Assembly (NCBI GenBank): GCA_042569365.1
Contig: JBHPHK010000004.1
Span: 6,113 to 70,112 of the forward strand
Origin: Patescibacteria group bacterium
GTDB taxonomy: Bacteria > Patescibacteriota > JAUYIX01 > JBHPHK01
Direction of reading: 5' to 3'
Length of the DNA stretch: 64,000 nucleotides
This document shows, piece by piece, positions 35,380 through 45,309 of the stretch. Under the pieces are notes generated by a model, which searched no databases, had not been told where the DNA came from, and saw nothing but the letters and a program-made list of their open reading frames with translations. The position numbers were made by a program, and so were the translations under genes. Each line of letters opens with the position of its first letter. Position 1 is the stretch's first letter.

Positions 35380-37293
35380 TTAGTGCGAGAATTGCGTCAC
35401 TGGACGATAGCTGGAATAGAAGCTCTTACTATGTAAAACCGAGCCATCAGCGGCTGTCACCAAATGCTCCCAGGATGCTTTCATAGAATTGCCAGGACCC
35501 CAGCCCCAGTTGGATGGGATTGTTTCTTTAACTGTGCGTCCATCATCCGTTCCGTAAAATTCGAAGGTCAATGTATTTCCGGAGACAAATGTCTGAATCA
35601 AGACATAACTTGGCGTGTCATTGATGAACTTCAAGTCCACCGCACCTATATAAATAGTTGCGTCAGCACCAGCGCGACCATAATAATCATAATAAGAAAC
35701 AACGAAAGAATGATTGTGTCGCTCTGTTATATCTAGACCCGACCAGAAAGCGGCGCGGAAAGCGGTCGTTGAGACTTGGCATAAGCCTCCGCCCCATTCT
35801 GGGATAATTTTGTTTCCTTTAATGACAAGTTCCGGCAAAAATCCGCTATTTGCATCCACCTCTCCCAAGTGGTCATTGAATGAAAACTCTTCACCGGGCG
35901 CAATTAGGAGTCCGTCATATTTCTCAGCGCCAAATGCAATATTATAGCGGCGATTAGCGGGACTGCCTGAAAAATCTGAAGTTCCGCGTCCGATCAACTC
36001 TGTGATGCCCAAACCATCGAGCATAGACTCGTTAATATCTGCTTCCGAAGTAATAACATGAGCCGTAATTTCTCGCGGCTTGCTTGTTTGATTCAAACTG
36101 AATAGAGCATCTTCCATCAGCTCTTCCATGTCAACGGCCTGGCCTTTGGTGCTAGGCGTCTTGATGACTAAATCTCCATCTATCCAGTCCAATCGCAGGT
36201 CATCTCCTGGGTTATTTAATGCTGCTCCGACTTTATTAACTAAAGCCCGTTGGAGACTGTCCGGCTTGATGCCGGCAAAACTTTGGACAGGAGAACCAAG
36301 TGTTGCATGCGACCCCAGACCAATATACGCGGCATAGTGACTAGGGCTAGGCAATGTAGTCTGCAGCGGAGGCTTGGCCGGGTTACTGCCCTCATAAAGT
36401 TCATGCGGAATCATCAGAAGGCGCGTCTGTAGATCATCGGACAGATAATTCGCTTCAATATATTGAATGCCCTGATCTTGCAACTCTTCGGTATTTTCTA
36501 AAATAGATGAATCAAGATTCTCAAAACCGATCCACTGCTGGATCTCATTAGCGGCATATTGCCACTTTTGATTTTCATAGGTAACGATTACAGGCTTGCT
36601 CCAGAGCGTGCGGGCGACCTGTTGCGCTTTCAAAGTGTCCCATTTTGTAACCTGCGGCTGTGTTTCGGCAAACCAGACTTTGATCGGCTCAGTATTGAGT
36701 TGATTAAAGTTTTCACGTAGGTTGATCAAGAGTAGATCACGATTAGCCTCATGACCAACCTTTTCCGGCGTGACTTCTAGTCCACCATTCGCAAACTTGA
36801 TAGTCGCATTGACCGCTGGGCGTTCAATATCTTTGAAATTCTCAGAAAGCAACGCCAAGAGTTTATTCTCATCAAAAGAGTAAGAAAGCTCCAGATCGTT
36901 TTTATCAAAACAGGCTACTACGCGGTTGCTCAGGTTAGCTACAAAATTATTGGGATGGCTGTAGCTTAGCGCCTCGTCAACAGAGCCGATGATGTTAAAA
37001 GCCAGGTTGATATCCGCCGGGAAGAAAGAGAATTCCTTATCATCCGTTAATAAAACTATAGGTTTTTCCAAAAAATAGTCTATCTGCTCTTGTAGGGTGT
37101 ATAAAGCGGCCTGCTGCGTCTGTCCGCTAACTGAAACAGGGCCGATCGACAAATTAGCCATCAGCTGGTCATTATACTCAGCGCTATTTACTTGCGCTAA
37201 AAACCCAAAAAAACAAAGAAGAACAGCGAGTCCAACGATTAGAAAAACTAGCCGCACCGAGAATAAGTTGCGTTGATTTGATGATTCTTCCAT
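35380..37293 (-). CDS. VanW-family protein (N-terminal TM anchor)
   Basis: It has the C-terminal VanW signature (GGGLCQVSTTAFRAAFWSGLDITERHNHSF) and an N-terminal hydrophobic anchor. Confidence 0.8.
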   Translation of the reverse strand: MEESSNQRNLFSVRLVFLIVGLAVLLCFFGFLAQVNSAEYNDQLMANLSIGPVSVSGQTQQAALYTLQEQIDYFLEKPIVLLTDDKEFSFFPADINLAFNIIGSVDEALSYSHPNNFVANLSNRVVACFDKNDLELSYSFDENKLLALLSENFKDIERPAVNATIKFANGGLEVTPEKVGHEANRDLLLINLRENFNQLNTEPIKVWFAETQPQVTKWDTLKAQQVARTLWSKPVIVTYENQKWQYAANEIQQWIGFENLDSSILENTEELQDQGIQYIEANYLSDDLQTRLLMIPHELYEGSNPAKPPLQTTLPSPSHYAAYIGLGSHATLGSPVQSFAGIKPDSLQRALVNKVGAALNNPGDDLRLDWIDGDLVIKTPSTKGQAVDMEELMEDALFSLNQTSKPREITAHVITSEADINESMLDGLGITELIGRGTSDFSGSPANRRYNIAFGAEKYDGLLIAPGEEFSFNDHLGEVDANSGFLPELVIKGNKIIPEWGGGLCQVSTTAFRAAFWSGLDITERHNHSFVVSYYDYYGRAGADATIYIGAVDLKFINDTPSYVLIQTFVSGNTLTFEFYGTDDGRTVKETIPSNWGWGPGNSMKASWEHLVTAADGSVLHSKSFYSSYRPVTQFSH

Positions 37294-37388
37294 GTACTTT
37301 GACAGTACCAGTTAAAAAACCTCTCTGTCAAGCCTAGAAAGGAAAAAAGCACCATCTTAGAGACAGTGCTTTTTAATGTCAGAAGTTG

Positions 37389-37838
37389 TTATTCTGATGT
37401 CTTGTGCTTGATCTCCCAGCCCGTTGGGAGGATCAGATCCGTCATCAGGAGAGTCTTGGAATCGTTATGGAGAACTCCCGACGATGCCGAGAGAATTCTC
37501 AAGTAATATTCCATGTTCGTGAGCAGATCATCAGGCAGTTCTTTGTCGGGCTGCAAGAGATCATGCTGCGGATGTACGTTGACCCTCGGCATTTTCGTCT
37601 TTCCGTCAACAACGACTTTTCTGACAGGAACGATCAGCGCATAATGTTTGTAGATGAGTTTGACAAACCCTTTTGGCGCCAGAGAGTTGGGATTAAAGAG
37701 ATAGATCTCTTTGTTGCTGAGTTGTTCGTCCAGGCTTTCGTATGAAAAACGAATACCTTCAAACTTCTCAGCCAAGGTTCTGGTGTATGCTCGGATCATA
37801 ACCTTAAGAGCAGGGTCAGTTACAGATTTCAAATCCAT
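37389..37838 (-). CDS. hypothetical protein (149 aa), self-contained cassette
   Basis: My preferred start is ATG 37838, preceded by GGAGGTACCAAA. The promoter is TTGACA-17-TACCAT (37883..37911). I recognise no family. Confidence 0.6.
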   Translation of the reverse strand: MDLKSVTDPALKVMIRAYTRTLAEKFEGIRFSYESLDEQLSNKEIYLFNPNSLAPKGFVKLIYKHYALIVPVRKVVVDGKTKMPRVNVHPQHDLLQPDKELPDDLLTNMEYYLRILSASSGVLHNDSKTLLMTDLILPTGWEIKHKTSE

Positions 37839-37949
37839 TTTGGTACCTCCGTATGTAAATTGGTAAGAGTGCAAAGTTTTTCATGGTAGCTCGTAGGGGC
37901 AGTATTGTCAAATGAAAAAGCGCCTCGTAAAGAAGCGCTTTAAGGGGGT

Positions 37950-38345
37950 TTATTTTTTGATTAATCTATAGAACAGACTGCCAAAACAGATAGCACTGAC
38001 GATAGTGGTACAAATGTACGTTGCTATGACAATGAGGCATGATTTGTCGCTATAGATAGTATAGCTTGGAGCTACGCAGTAGACGCAGACGATACCGATA
38101 ATCAGATGATAAATCATATAGATTATGTTGCAGCGTCGGAAATATCTGTAAGGTATATCTGTAAACAGCGTTGTCAACGTTGTGAAAGCCACAAAAGCAA
38201 TGATCAGATATGACCAAATGCCGACAACTTCCACTTTATCAGTGAGTGCGCCGTGCATGATGCCACAGATCAGGAGAATTGATAATAGTACTGTTGCTCC
38301 GAACATGGTCCAGAGGCTAGCAACAACTTCACTTTTTGCAGACAT
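37950..38345 (-). CDS. hypothetical 4-TM membrane protein (131 aa), self-contained cassette
   Basis: AGGAGGCATTCT precedes the ATG. The promoter is TTGACA-17-GAGAAT (38394..38422). The terminator at 37915..37940 has a 7-bp GC stem plus a U-run. Confidence 0.6.
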   Translation of the reverse strand: MSAKSEVVASLWTMFGATVLLSILLICGIMHGALTDKVEVVGIWSYLIIAFVAFTTLTTLFTDIPYRYFRRCNIIYMIYHLIIGIVCVYCVAPSYTIYSDKSCLIVIATYICTTIVSAICFGSLFYRLIKK

Positions 38346-38568
38346 AGAATGCCTCCTTTCGTGGGTTATTAAGTTGGGAAATATCGAATTATCATTCTCC
38401 TCTTATCGCAGGAATCTGTCAAATGAAAAAGCACTGATGCTATGCTATAAGTCAGCTCGGATAATGATTGTCATGGAACTGGATCCAGCCTATTGCAGCT
38501 CTCCCTCTTTTTCATAGTCGGAGAACATATCAATATAAAAACCGCCTTTGCCGGCGGTTTTAAGGAAG

Positions 38569-41292
38569 CTATTTCTTTACTTTAGCGGTTGCTTTCTTGC
38601 GCGGCTTAGATTTTGCGGTAGCTTTCACTCTTTCTTTTGTTCCTGTGAAAACTAGCTCATCTGCTTTCAGGTCGATCGTAATAGTCTGACCAGACTTAAA
38701 CTTGCCGGCGAGTAGCATTTCCGATAACGGATTTTCAATCCGGCGCTGAATTTCGCGACGTAGCGGACGCGCCCCAAAACTTGGGTCAAAACCTTTTTTG
38801 GCTAAGAAAGTTTTGGCCTTACCTGTGATTTTCATTTTGATATTTTGGGCACGTAAGAGTTTTTCTAAGTCTTTGAGCATCAATGTGACAATCTGTTTGA
38901 TCTGCTCCTCGGTCAGGGCGTGGAAGACAATAATCTCATCGACTCGGTTTAAAAATTCAGGACGGAAATGTTTTTTAAGCTCTTCTAACAAATGCTCGCG
39001 GAGCTTCTCGTGCTTGCGGTCCGCTCGTTCTTGTTTAGTATTATCATTGTCATCCTCAAAACCAAAACTCTTCGCTTTCGAGTCCTGGATCATTTCAGAG
39101 CCGATATTGGAAGTCGCGATGATAATCGTATTTTTGAAATCGACTGTGCGGCCCTTTGCGTCAGTCAAACGGCCGTCTTCCATGATTTGTAACAGGATAT
39201 TGAAGACTTCGGGATGAGCCTTCTCGATTTCGTCGAGTAAGATGACGCTGTAAGGTTTGCGGCGTACTTTCTCGGTGAGCTGTCCGCCTTCTTCATAGCC
39301 GACATAACCTGGAGGAGAACCGACGAGTCGAGAGACTGTGTGTTTTTCCATATATTCGGACATATCGACGCGGATCATCGATTCTTCGTCTCCAAAGATA
39401 AGCTCTGAGAGCGCTTTGGAAAGTTCAGTCTTACCAACTCCAGTCGGTCCCAAGAAAATAAACGAACCGATCGGGCGATTAGGGTCTTTCAGGCCAGCGC
39501 GTCCACGGCGGACGGCTTCAGAGATCGCTTTGATCGCCTCATTTTGTCCGATGACACGTTCGTGCAAGCGATCCTCTAATTTCAAAAGTTTATCAAGCTC
39601 TTCTTCAGCAAGTTCTGTCACCGGAATACCGGTCGACTCTGCGACAACTTCTTCAATATCGCGCGGAGAAAGGACGACGTTGCCTTGGACAGATGTCTTC
39701 TTCCACTCTTCGCGAAGTTCGCGGAGTTCATCTTCGGCCTCGGCTAATTTTTTCTGTAAGTTACGGGCGCGTGTTTTAGTTTTACCTTTCTTGGCAGACT
39801 CCAACTCTTTAGCGAGCTGTTTGATAGACTTCTCGCGTTCTTTAAGTTCTTCGGGAGTATTGATATTAGCTAAACGGATCTTGGCGGCGCCCTCGTCGAT
39901 TAGGTCGATCGCTTTATCAGGCAAGAAACGATCATTAACATAACGATCGGAAAGGGAAGCGGCCGCAACGATTGCTTCGTCTGAGATCTCGACTTTGTGG
40001 TGCGCTTCGTATTTATCACGGAGGCCGTGGAGGATTTGGATAGTTTCCTCGACACTTGGCTCGCTAACAATAATAGGCTGGAAGCGGCGCTCGAGCGCAG
40101 CATCTTTTTCAATATGTTTTTTATATTCATCTAAAGTCGTAGCACCAATCATCTGAAGATCGCCGCGAGAAAGTGAGGGTTTGAGCATGTTCGAAGCATC
40201 CATTGCGCCTTCAGCAGCTCCGGCACCTACGATAGTGTGAAGCTCATCTATAAAGATCACAATATCTTTCTTGGCAGCTTCGATTTCCTTCATAACCTTC
40301 TTCATGCGGTCTTCAAAGTCACCACGGTGCTTGGTACCGGCGATCATGCTGGAAAGATCGAGACTAATAACTCGTTTATCTTTTAAGGTCTCTGGAATAT
40401 TTCCGCTGACGATGCGTTGCGCCAAACCTTCTGCGATCGCTGTCTTACCTACGCCTGGTTCACCGATCAAGACGGGGTTGTTTTTGGTACGACGAGAAAG
40501 GATCTGAACGACACGTCCGACTTCACGAGCGCGTCCCACGACAGGATCAAGCTTTCCTTCCTTCGCCATTGAAGTAAGGTCGCGAGAGTATTCATCGAGA
40601 GTTGGTGTAGTGCTGCGTCGTTTTTTGCGCGGCTTATCTCCAGTTCCAATAAAGTTAATAACGGCACTGCGCGCTTTCGTATGATCAACTGCATATTTAT
40701 CAAAGACTTGCGCGGCCATACCTTCACCTTCACGGATCAGGCCGAGCAAAATGTGCTCCGAGCCGACATAGTTGTGCTCCATATTGCGGGCTTCATGGAA
40801 AGCAAGCTCCAAAACCTTCTTGGCACGCGGAGATAGGTCAAACTGGCGTGTCTCAGCGTCGCCTTTCTGAATATTTTCTTCGATATACGCCTTAAGATCA
40901 TCAGTTTTAATACCCAGATCCTCAATAATCTTTACAACCACTTCTTTTTCTTCCAGCAATCCCAAAAGCAAATGTTCTGTGTCGATATGGCGCGCTTTAT
41001 AATGATGCGCGGCTTGGGCAGACTCCTCCAAAACCTTCTTCGCACGTTCTGAGAAAAACTCAACGATATTAACCTGCTCGGGCTGAGAAGCGCGTTGCGA
41101 CTGGGGGGAGAGAGGGGCTCCACCGGAAGCACCGGCGCCGCCCATCATAAATGAGTTTAAAAACGAGTCGTTACCAAAAAACATGCGTTCTTCTGCACAC
41201 GTATGACAAAGGTGTAGATAGGATGTGCGACCGTTGACGGTCTGACGGATTGAGATTGCCGCTGGACGGCGGCCACAAGATTGACAGAGCAT
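38569..41292 (-). CDS. clpC: ATP-dependent Clp protease ATP-binding subunit ClpC with N-terminal CxxC..CxxC zinc-ribbon extension
   Basis: It has two AAA+ modules ([15 protein letters not shown]; [14 protein letters not shown]), Clp_N repeats and a short coiled-coil middle domain. The N-terminus is [11 protein letters not shown]...HLCHTCAEE. Confidence 0.9.
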   Translation of the reverse strand: MLCQSCGRRPAAISIRQTVNGRTSYLHLCHTCAEERMFFGNDSFLNSFMMGGAGASGGAPLSPQSQRASQPEQVNIVEFFSERAKKVLEESAQAAHHYKARHIDTEHLLLGLLEEKEVVVKIIEDLGIKTDDLKAYIEENIQKGDAETRQFDLSPRAKKVLELAFHEARNMEHNYVGSEHILLGLIREGEGMAAQVFDKYAVDHTKARSAVINFIGTGDKPRKKRRSTTPTLDEYSRDLTSMAKEGKLDPVVGRAREVGRVVQILSRRTKNNPVLIGEPGVGKTAIAEGLAQRIVSGNIPETLKDKRVISLDLSSMIAGTKHRGDFEDRMKKVMKEIEAAKKDIVIFIDELHTIVGAGAAEGAMDASNMLKPSLSRGDLQMIGATTLDEYKKHIEKDAALERRFQPIIVSEPSVEETIQILHGLRDKYEAHHKVEISDEAIVAAASLSDRYVNDRFLPDKAIDLIDEGAAKIRLANINTPEELKEREKSIKQLAKELESAKKGKTKTRARNLQKKLAEAEDELRELREEWKKTSVQGNVVLSPRDIEEVVAESTGIPVTELAEEELDKLLKLEDRLHERVIGQNEAIKAISEAVRRGRAGLKDPNRPIGSFIFLGPTGVGKTELSKALSELIFGDEESMIRVDMSEYMEKHTVSRLVGSPPGYVGYEEGGQLTEKVRRKPYSVILLDEIEKAHPEVFNILLQIMEDGRLTDAKGRTVDFKNTIIIATSNIGSEMIQDSKAKSFGFEDDNDNTKQERADRKHEKLREHLLEELKKHFRPEFLNRVDEIIVFHALTEEQIKQIVTLMLKDLEKLLRAQNIKMKITGKAKTFLAKKGFDPSFGARPLRREIQRRIENPLSEMLLAGKFKSGQTITIDLKADELVFTGTKERVKATAKSKPRKKATAKVKK

Positions 41293-41358
41293 ATATTAAG
41301 GTTAACTAGCTTATATAATGATAGCGCGAAACAGGGTAATCATCATGTGGAAGTAAAA

Positions 41359-41385
41359 TTAGCAGTCTCAATAATAGAGTGCTAA
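41359..41385. promoter_or_regulatory. CIRCE-like inverted repeat (HrcA operator)
   Basis: The sequence TTAGCAGTC-N9-GAGTGCTAA has one mismatch to the consensus TTAGCACTC-N9-GAGTGCTAA. It lies just downstream of the clpC promoter. Confidence 0.75.
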
Positions 41386-41399
41386 TTATCAGCTACTTT

Positions 41400-41428
41400 A
41401 TTGTATATAGAGGCATTAGTCATGTCAA
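41400..41428 (-). promoter_or_regulatory. sigma70-type promoter of clpC (TTGACA-17-TACAAT)
   Basis: The minus strand has exact hexamers. The CIRCE element starts about 15 nt downstream of the -10. Confidence 0.65.
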
Positions 41429-41432
41429 GAAC

Positions 41433-41463
41433 AAAAAAACGCCTCTTTTCAAAGAAGCGCTTT
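41433..41463 (-). terminator. rho-independent terminator after hsp20
   Basis: The minus strand reads AAAGCGCTTCTTTGAAAAGAGGCGT followed by TTTTTTT. Confidence 0.6.
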
Positions 41464-41488
41464 ATCACGGTCTCTTATGTATAAACGG

Positions 41489-41908
41489 TTAGCCCGTTAC
41501 TTTTATTTGTTTTGGTTTTGCTATTTTGATTTTCGGAAGCTTCACAATCAAGATGCCGTTTTTGATCTCCGCCTTAACCTTATTGGCGTCGACTTCGACA
41601 GGCAATGCAACACTACGAGAAAAACTACCCCAGTAGCATTCCTGATAGAAATAGTCTTTTTCATCGACCTTTTCTTCAATTGCACGCTCGCCACGAATAG
41701 TCAGCATATTATCATCCAGTGTGACACTAATGTCTTCTGGTAATACACCAGCGATCGTAGATTTTACGACAACTGTAGTTTCTGTTTGGAACATATCAAT
41801 TGTAAGCTGTCCCTCTAATTCCTCGGTATTCTCCAAATCCGTATCAAGAATAGTTGGAGAAATTACTTTCGCATCAGCTGTAGTGGTTTTAGTGTTCAAA
41901 TTTGTCAT
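41489..41908 (-). CDS. small heat-shock protein (Hsp20/alpha-crystallin)
   Basis: My preferred start is ATG 41908 (MTNLNTK...). It has the alpha-crystallin pattern (LTIRGERAIEEKVDEKDYFYQECYWGSFSRSVALPVEVD...NGILIVKLPK). A TTGATT-17-TATAAT promoter lies upstream. Confidence 0.85.
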   Translation of the reverse strand: MTNLNTKTTTADAKVISPTILDTDLENTEELEGQLTIDMFQTETTVVVKSTIAGVLPEDISVTLDDNMLTIRGERAIEEKVDEKDYFYQECYWGSFSRSVALPVEVDANKVKAEIKNGILIVKLPKIKIAKPKQIKVTG

Positions 41909-41985
41909 AAAAAAGTTAGAAATTATCTCAATTCCTTCTTCATTATAGAGAGAACACAACAATAAATCAATCGAGTTAGCATAAC

Positions 41986-42006
41986 AAAAACCCGCCTGCC
42001 GGCGGG
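41986..42006 (-). terminator. rho-independent terminator after the PrsW-like gene
   Basis: The minus strand reads CCCGCC-GGCA-GGCGGG followed by TTTTTG. Confidence 0.65.
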
Positions 42007-42030
42007 CCTTGCAAATCATTTAGGACTTAG

Positions 42031-42735
42031 CTAAAGAGGGGGTTTGAAAAGCCGTAGTTTTCTGCGTTTGACCTCTCGGATACTGCCCGAGAGCAAAATA
42101 TAGAGAACGACCATCAAAAGAACGAGTAAGAAAAGTGTCAAAGGCGTCTGAGATAGAGCAATAAAGTTGTACAAGCCATGCATGATGATACCCACAGCCA
42201 GACCCTCTATCATAAGGCGCGTGCGGTACTGAGGGTAAAATTTAGCAAGACCTAGGTAATAGCCTACAAGGCCACTAGCAAGTGCGTGGAGTAAAGTCGC
42301 AGATACAAGACGGAGAGGCAGTACTTCAGCACCCTCCTGAACAACGATTAAAATGTTTTCAGCGGTTGCAAAACCAAGTGCACCGGTAATCATATAAATA
42401 ACACCATCGATGCCCTCGTCAAAGTGCTTGCTGCGGAACGCGCTCCAGCGTACAGCTGCAAACTTCATAAACTCTTCAACTGGCGCAACGATCAAAAGAG
42501 AGCCGATCGCAAGTGTGAAAAATTCTGTTGAAGAGGAGAAAGGAAAGAAAGTCTCAGCTACCAATTCTAGACCAAGTGCTGGAATCGTAGCTAACATACC
42601 CAAGATAAATACCAAAGCGAGCTGACCTTTCGGTTCTGGTTTATCGCGGTCTTTACGCAAGAACCACCAGAGCCAGAAGAATCCTGGCAGAAGCGCAAGA
42701 GCAATATCCAAAACGATGATCGGCGAAATATCCAT
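42031..42735 (-). CDS. PrsW-family intramembrane metalloprotease
   Basis: The protein is polytopic, with the motifs VEEFMKFAAV and HALASGLVGY plus a later HGLYN motif, all characteristic of PrsW. A TTGACA-17-TACAAT promoter lies upstream (-35 at about 42829). Confidence 0.65.
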   Translation of the reverse strand: MDISPIIVLDIALALLPGFFWLWWFLRKDRDKPEPKGQLALVFILGMLATIPALGLELVAETFFPFSSSTEFFTLAIGSLLIVAPVEEFMKFAAVRWSAFRSKHFDEGIDGVIYMITGALGFATAENILIVVQEGAEVLPLRLVSATLLHALASGLVGYYLGLAKFYPQYRTRLMIEGLAVGIIMHGLYNFIALSQTPLTLFLLVLLMVVLYILLSGSIREVKRRKLRLFKPPL

Positions 42736-42892
42736 GAGATTTAGGTGTATAGCTTATAGTATAACTGATCTGGGATTCTTGAGATCTCTTCAAAAATCGG
42801 AGAATTGTATCAGAAGGTCTCTTCTTTGTCAAGGGCCTTGAATAAATAGGCTATTTCCGGTATCCTATGTAGACGGTAAACAACGGTAAAAT

Positions 42893-43753
42893 ATGCCTAA
42901 AACAGCCTTTCGGGCCAAAATGGACAACTTAATGCAGGACAGTAACAATTGGCTCTTAAAAGGTGCTGAGCCCTTTTTTGATTATGAGGATAAAGTGGAA
43001 ACCAGCCCTGCCAAAACAGCCCTTCTTTTCCTGCACGGTTTCTCTTCTAGTCCGCAAGAAATCAAAGGAATTGCTAAATATTTCGCAGAATTAGGCTATG
43101 GCGTTTCACTGCCTTTGCTGCCCGGCCACGGAACGCACCCTAAAGACCTGAAAGATCAGCGCTGGATGGACTGGTATTTGACGGCAGAAAATAGCTTGAA
43201 AAAATTATTAGGGGCGGGCTATGAAAAAGTAGTTATCGTTGGATCTTCAGTAGGCACAAACTTAAGCCTACTGCTCTCATTTCAATATCAAGATAAGATC
43301 AAGGCACAGATTTGGATCACTCCAGCCCTGCGATTGAGACGTGAAACCTTTTTACGGTTCGGGACATTCATCGTTCACCGATTTGTTCCGTTTTGGAACT
43401 ATAAAAGTAAGCGTCCGATCGACGAATTTAATACTGTTGCTGACAGGTCTGTCTTTGAGGACAGAGTGGCTTACCCGATCAGCCCGTTCCAGGCAGTGGA
43501 GGAGGTTTACCACATCAATGAATTTACACGACGTTCTCTATATCGCAATCAAACTCCAACTCTTGTTCTGCTAGGTAAAAAAGATCGCGTCATTCACGGA
43601 GCTGTTAAAAAAATGCTACAGGAAGAAATTAGGCCGGAGCTTTTGGAGATCAGAGAATTTGAGAATTCCAAACATTTATTGGCGGTAGACTATGACAAAG
43701 AGGAAGTGCGGACAGTTATACGTGATTATTTAGATAAAATTAACCAGAAATAG
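42893..43753 (+). CDS. alpha/beta hydrolase (esterase/lysophospholipase-like)
   Basis: It has the oxyanion-region motif LFLHGFSSS and the nucleophile elbow VGSSVGT. Confidence 0.75.
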   Translation: MPKTAFRAKMDNLMQDSNNWLLKGAEPFFDYEDKVETSPAKTALLFLHGFSSSPQEIKGIAKYFAELGYGVSLPLLPGHGTHPKDLKDQRWMDWYLTAENSLKKLLGAGYEKVVIVGSSVGTNLSLLLSFQYQDKIKAQIWITPALRLRRETFLRFGTFIVHRFVPFWNYKSKRPIDEFNTVADRSVFEDRVAYPISPFQAVEEVYHINEFTRRSLYRNQTPTLVLLGKKDRVIHGAVKKMLQEEIRPELLEIREFENSKHLLAVDYDKEEVRTVIRDYLDKINQK

Positions 43754-43754
43754 T

Positions 43755-44897
43755 ATGAATACTCCAAAACGCATTCTGGTTCTTACTGCTTCGGCTGGCT
43801 ATGGCCATCGCTCGGCGGCGAACAGCATCATCGATGCCCTCAAAGAAGAAAATCCGAACTATGAGATTGAGATTTTTGATACTTGGTCGCTTTTGCCCGC
43901 TTGGCAACACTGGATTTATACGAAAGGCTATGTACTTGCCGGTCGTTTGACGCCCGATTTCTATCGCTTTGTTTATCGCACGATCGTAAATAGTCCCAGG
44001 CATTTAAAAAGCGTCAAAAATGGTTTCCTAAAAAATGCCAGAGGCTTGAATAAATATACCAAGCGTTTTAATCCTGATGTCGTGGTCGCAACGCATGCGC
44101 ACGGTGCTGGAATTGCGCATCATCTGAAAGAACACTTCAAACATGATTTCAAATTAGTCTATGCTTACACGGATTATCATGCGCATAATCTTTTGCGCTA
44201 TGATGCGGTTGATCTATATTGTTTGCCGGCGGAGTCTGTAGCAGATGAACTAAATGCACTAGGAGTTCCTCGCGAAAACATAGCCGTAACTGGTGTCCCA
44301 GTGCGTCGAGAATTTGGGGCATATATCAAACAGTCTGATGCTCGCAAGCAGCTTGGGATTGATCCGGGACGATTCACTGTACTGCTGATGCGCGGCGGTC
44401 ATGCGATTGGCTCGAGCTGGATGAGTCAAGTTTTGAAGCTTGCTCACCAGAAACAACTGGCCGTGAATATTATCGCGGTAACCGGAACAAATGAAATATT
44501 GGAGGATAGGCTAAATCGCTTAGTTTCCAAATATTCTCCAGCGGCCCATAACACTAGCGTGCAGGTGGTTGGTTTTTCAAAAGATATTCCTTTGTTTTTA
44601 GCAGCGGCCGATGTGTATGTTGGCAAGCCTGGCGGTTTGAGTTTATCGGAAGCTCTGACAGTTGGCCGGCCTTTAATCGTAGATAGTGGGATGCCGGGTA
44701 CGGAAGATGGTAACTTGGAATTTGTGAAACGGGAGAAAATTGGGCTCAAAGCAGAGAATCCGCGCGATGTTATTAATCATTTGCGCTACTTTAGCGACAA
44801 TAAAGACAAACTTAAAGAATATAAGAAAAGGGCGCACAGGCTTGGACAGCCTCAAGCGGCTCAGAATATTGCTAAGAACATCGACGGGATCATCTAG
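43755..44897 (+). CDS. diacylglycerol glycosyltransferase (MGDG-synthase/UgtP-like, GT28)
   Basis: It has the N-terminus ILVLTASAGYGHRSAANSI and the C-terminal pattern GKPGGLSLSEAL. It begins 2 nt after the hydrolase gene. Confidence 0.7.
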   Translation: MNTPKRILVLTASAGYGHRSAANSIIDALKEENPNYEIEIFDTWSLLPAWQHWIYTKGYVLAGRLTPDFYRFVYRTIVNSPRHLKSVKNGFLKNARGLNKYTKRFNPDVVVATHAHGAGIAHHLKEHFKHDFKLVYAYTDYHAHNLLRYDAVDLYCLPAESVADELNALGVPRENIAVTGVPVRREFGAYIKQSDARKQLGIDPGRFTVLLMRGGHAIGSSWMSQVLKLAHQKQLAVNIIAVTGTNEILEDRLNRLVSKYSPAAHNTSVQVVGFSKDIPLFLAAADVYVGKPGGLSLSEALTVGRPLIVDSGMPGTEDGNLEFVKREKIGLKAENPRDVINHLRYFSDNKDKLKEYKKRAHRLGQPQAAQNIAKNIDGII

Positions 44898-45309
44898 TTG
44901 TCCCCAAACTGTGTATTACCGAGTGGAGAAATAGTGAATAGATATCTATATCAAAAAAGTGAATTGACTCAATAAAGCCAATTCAGTTTTTGCTTCAGAA
45001 CTGTTATATAAATGCTACGATAAATATGTAATGACCTTTTAGATTGGTGTTGCTATTTGAAGCTTCATTATATTCGGGAGCTGCGTTATTTATCATCTAA
45101 CGACTCTATTAGTAGCGTTGGGTGAACGGTTCTCTTGAACAGTCTAAAAACTTTACTGACCTATTTAAGGTTAACAATTGAATAGCTCAATTGAATTATA
45201 GTCTCTTAATTCCCGGGAAGTGCCCCTCTTCAAAAAGGGTGTTTTCCGGCGTCTAAAAACCGGATATTTGTTTTTCAAAAAGACGCAAACTAGTATATTA
45301 TGACTAAGT

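Noticed and set aside
44898-45309. 413-nt intergenic spacer before the 378-aa exported protein
   Set aside because: I looked for promoters, SD-led mini-ORFs and repeats. Only weak hairpins and a short CAATTGAAT duplication are present, and nothing supports a feature call.
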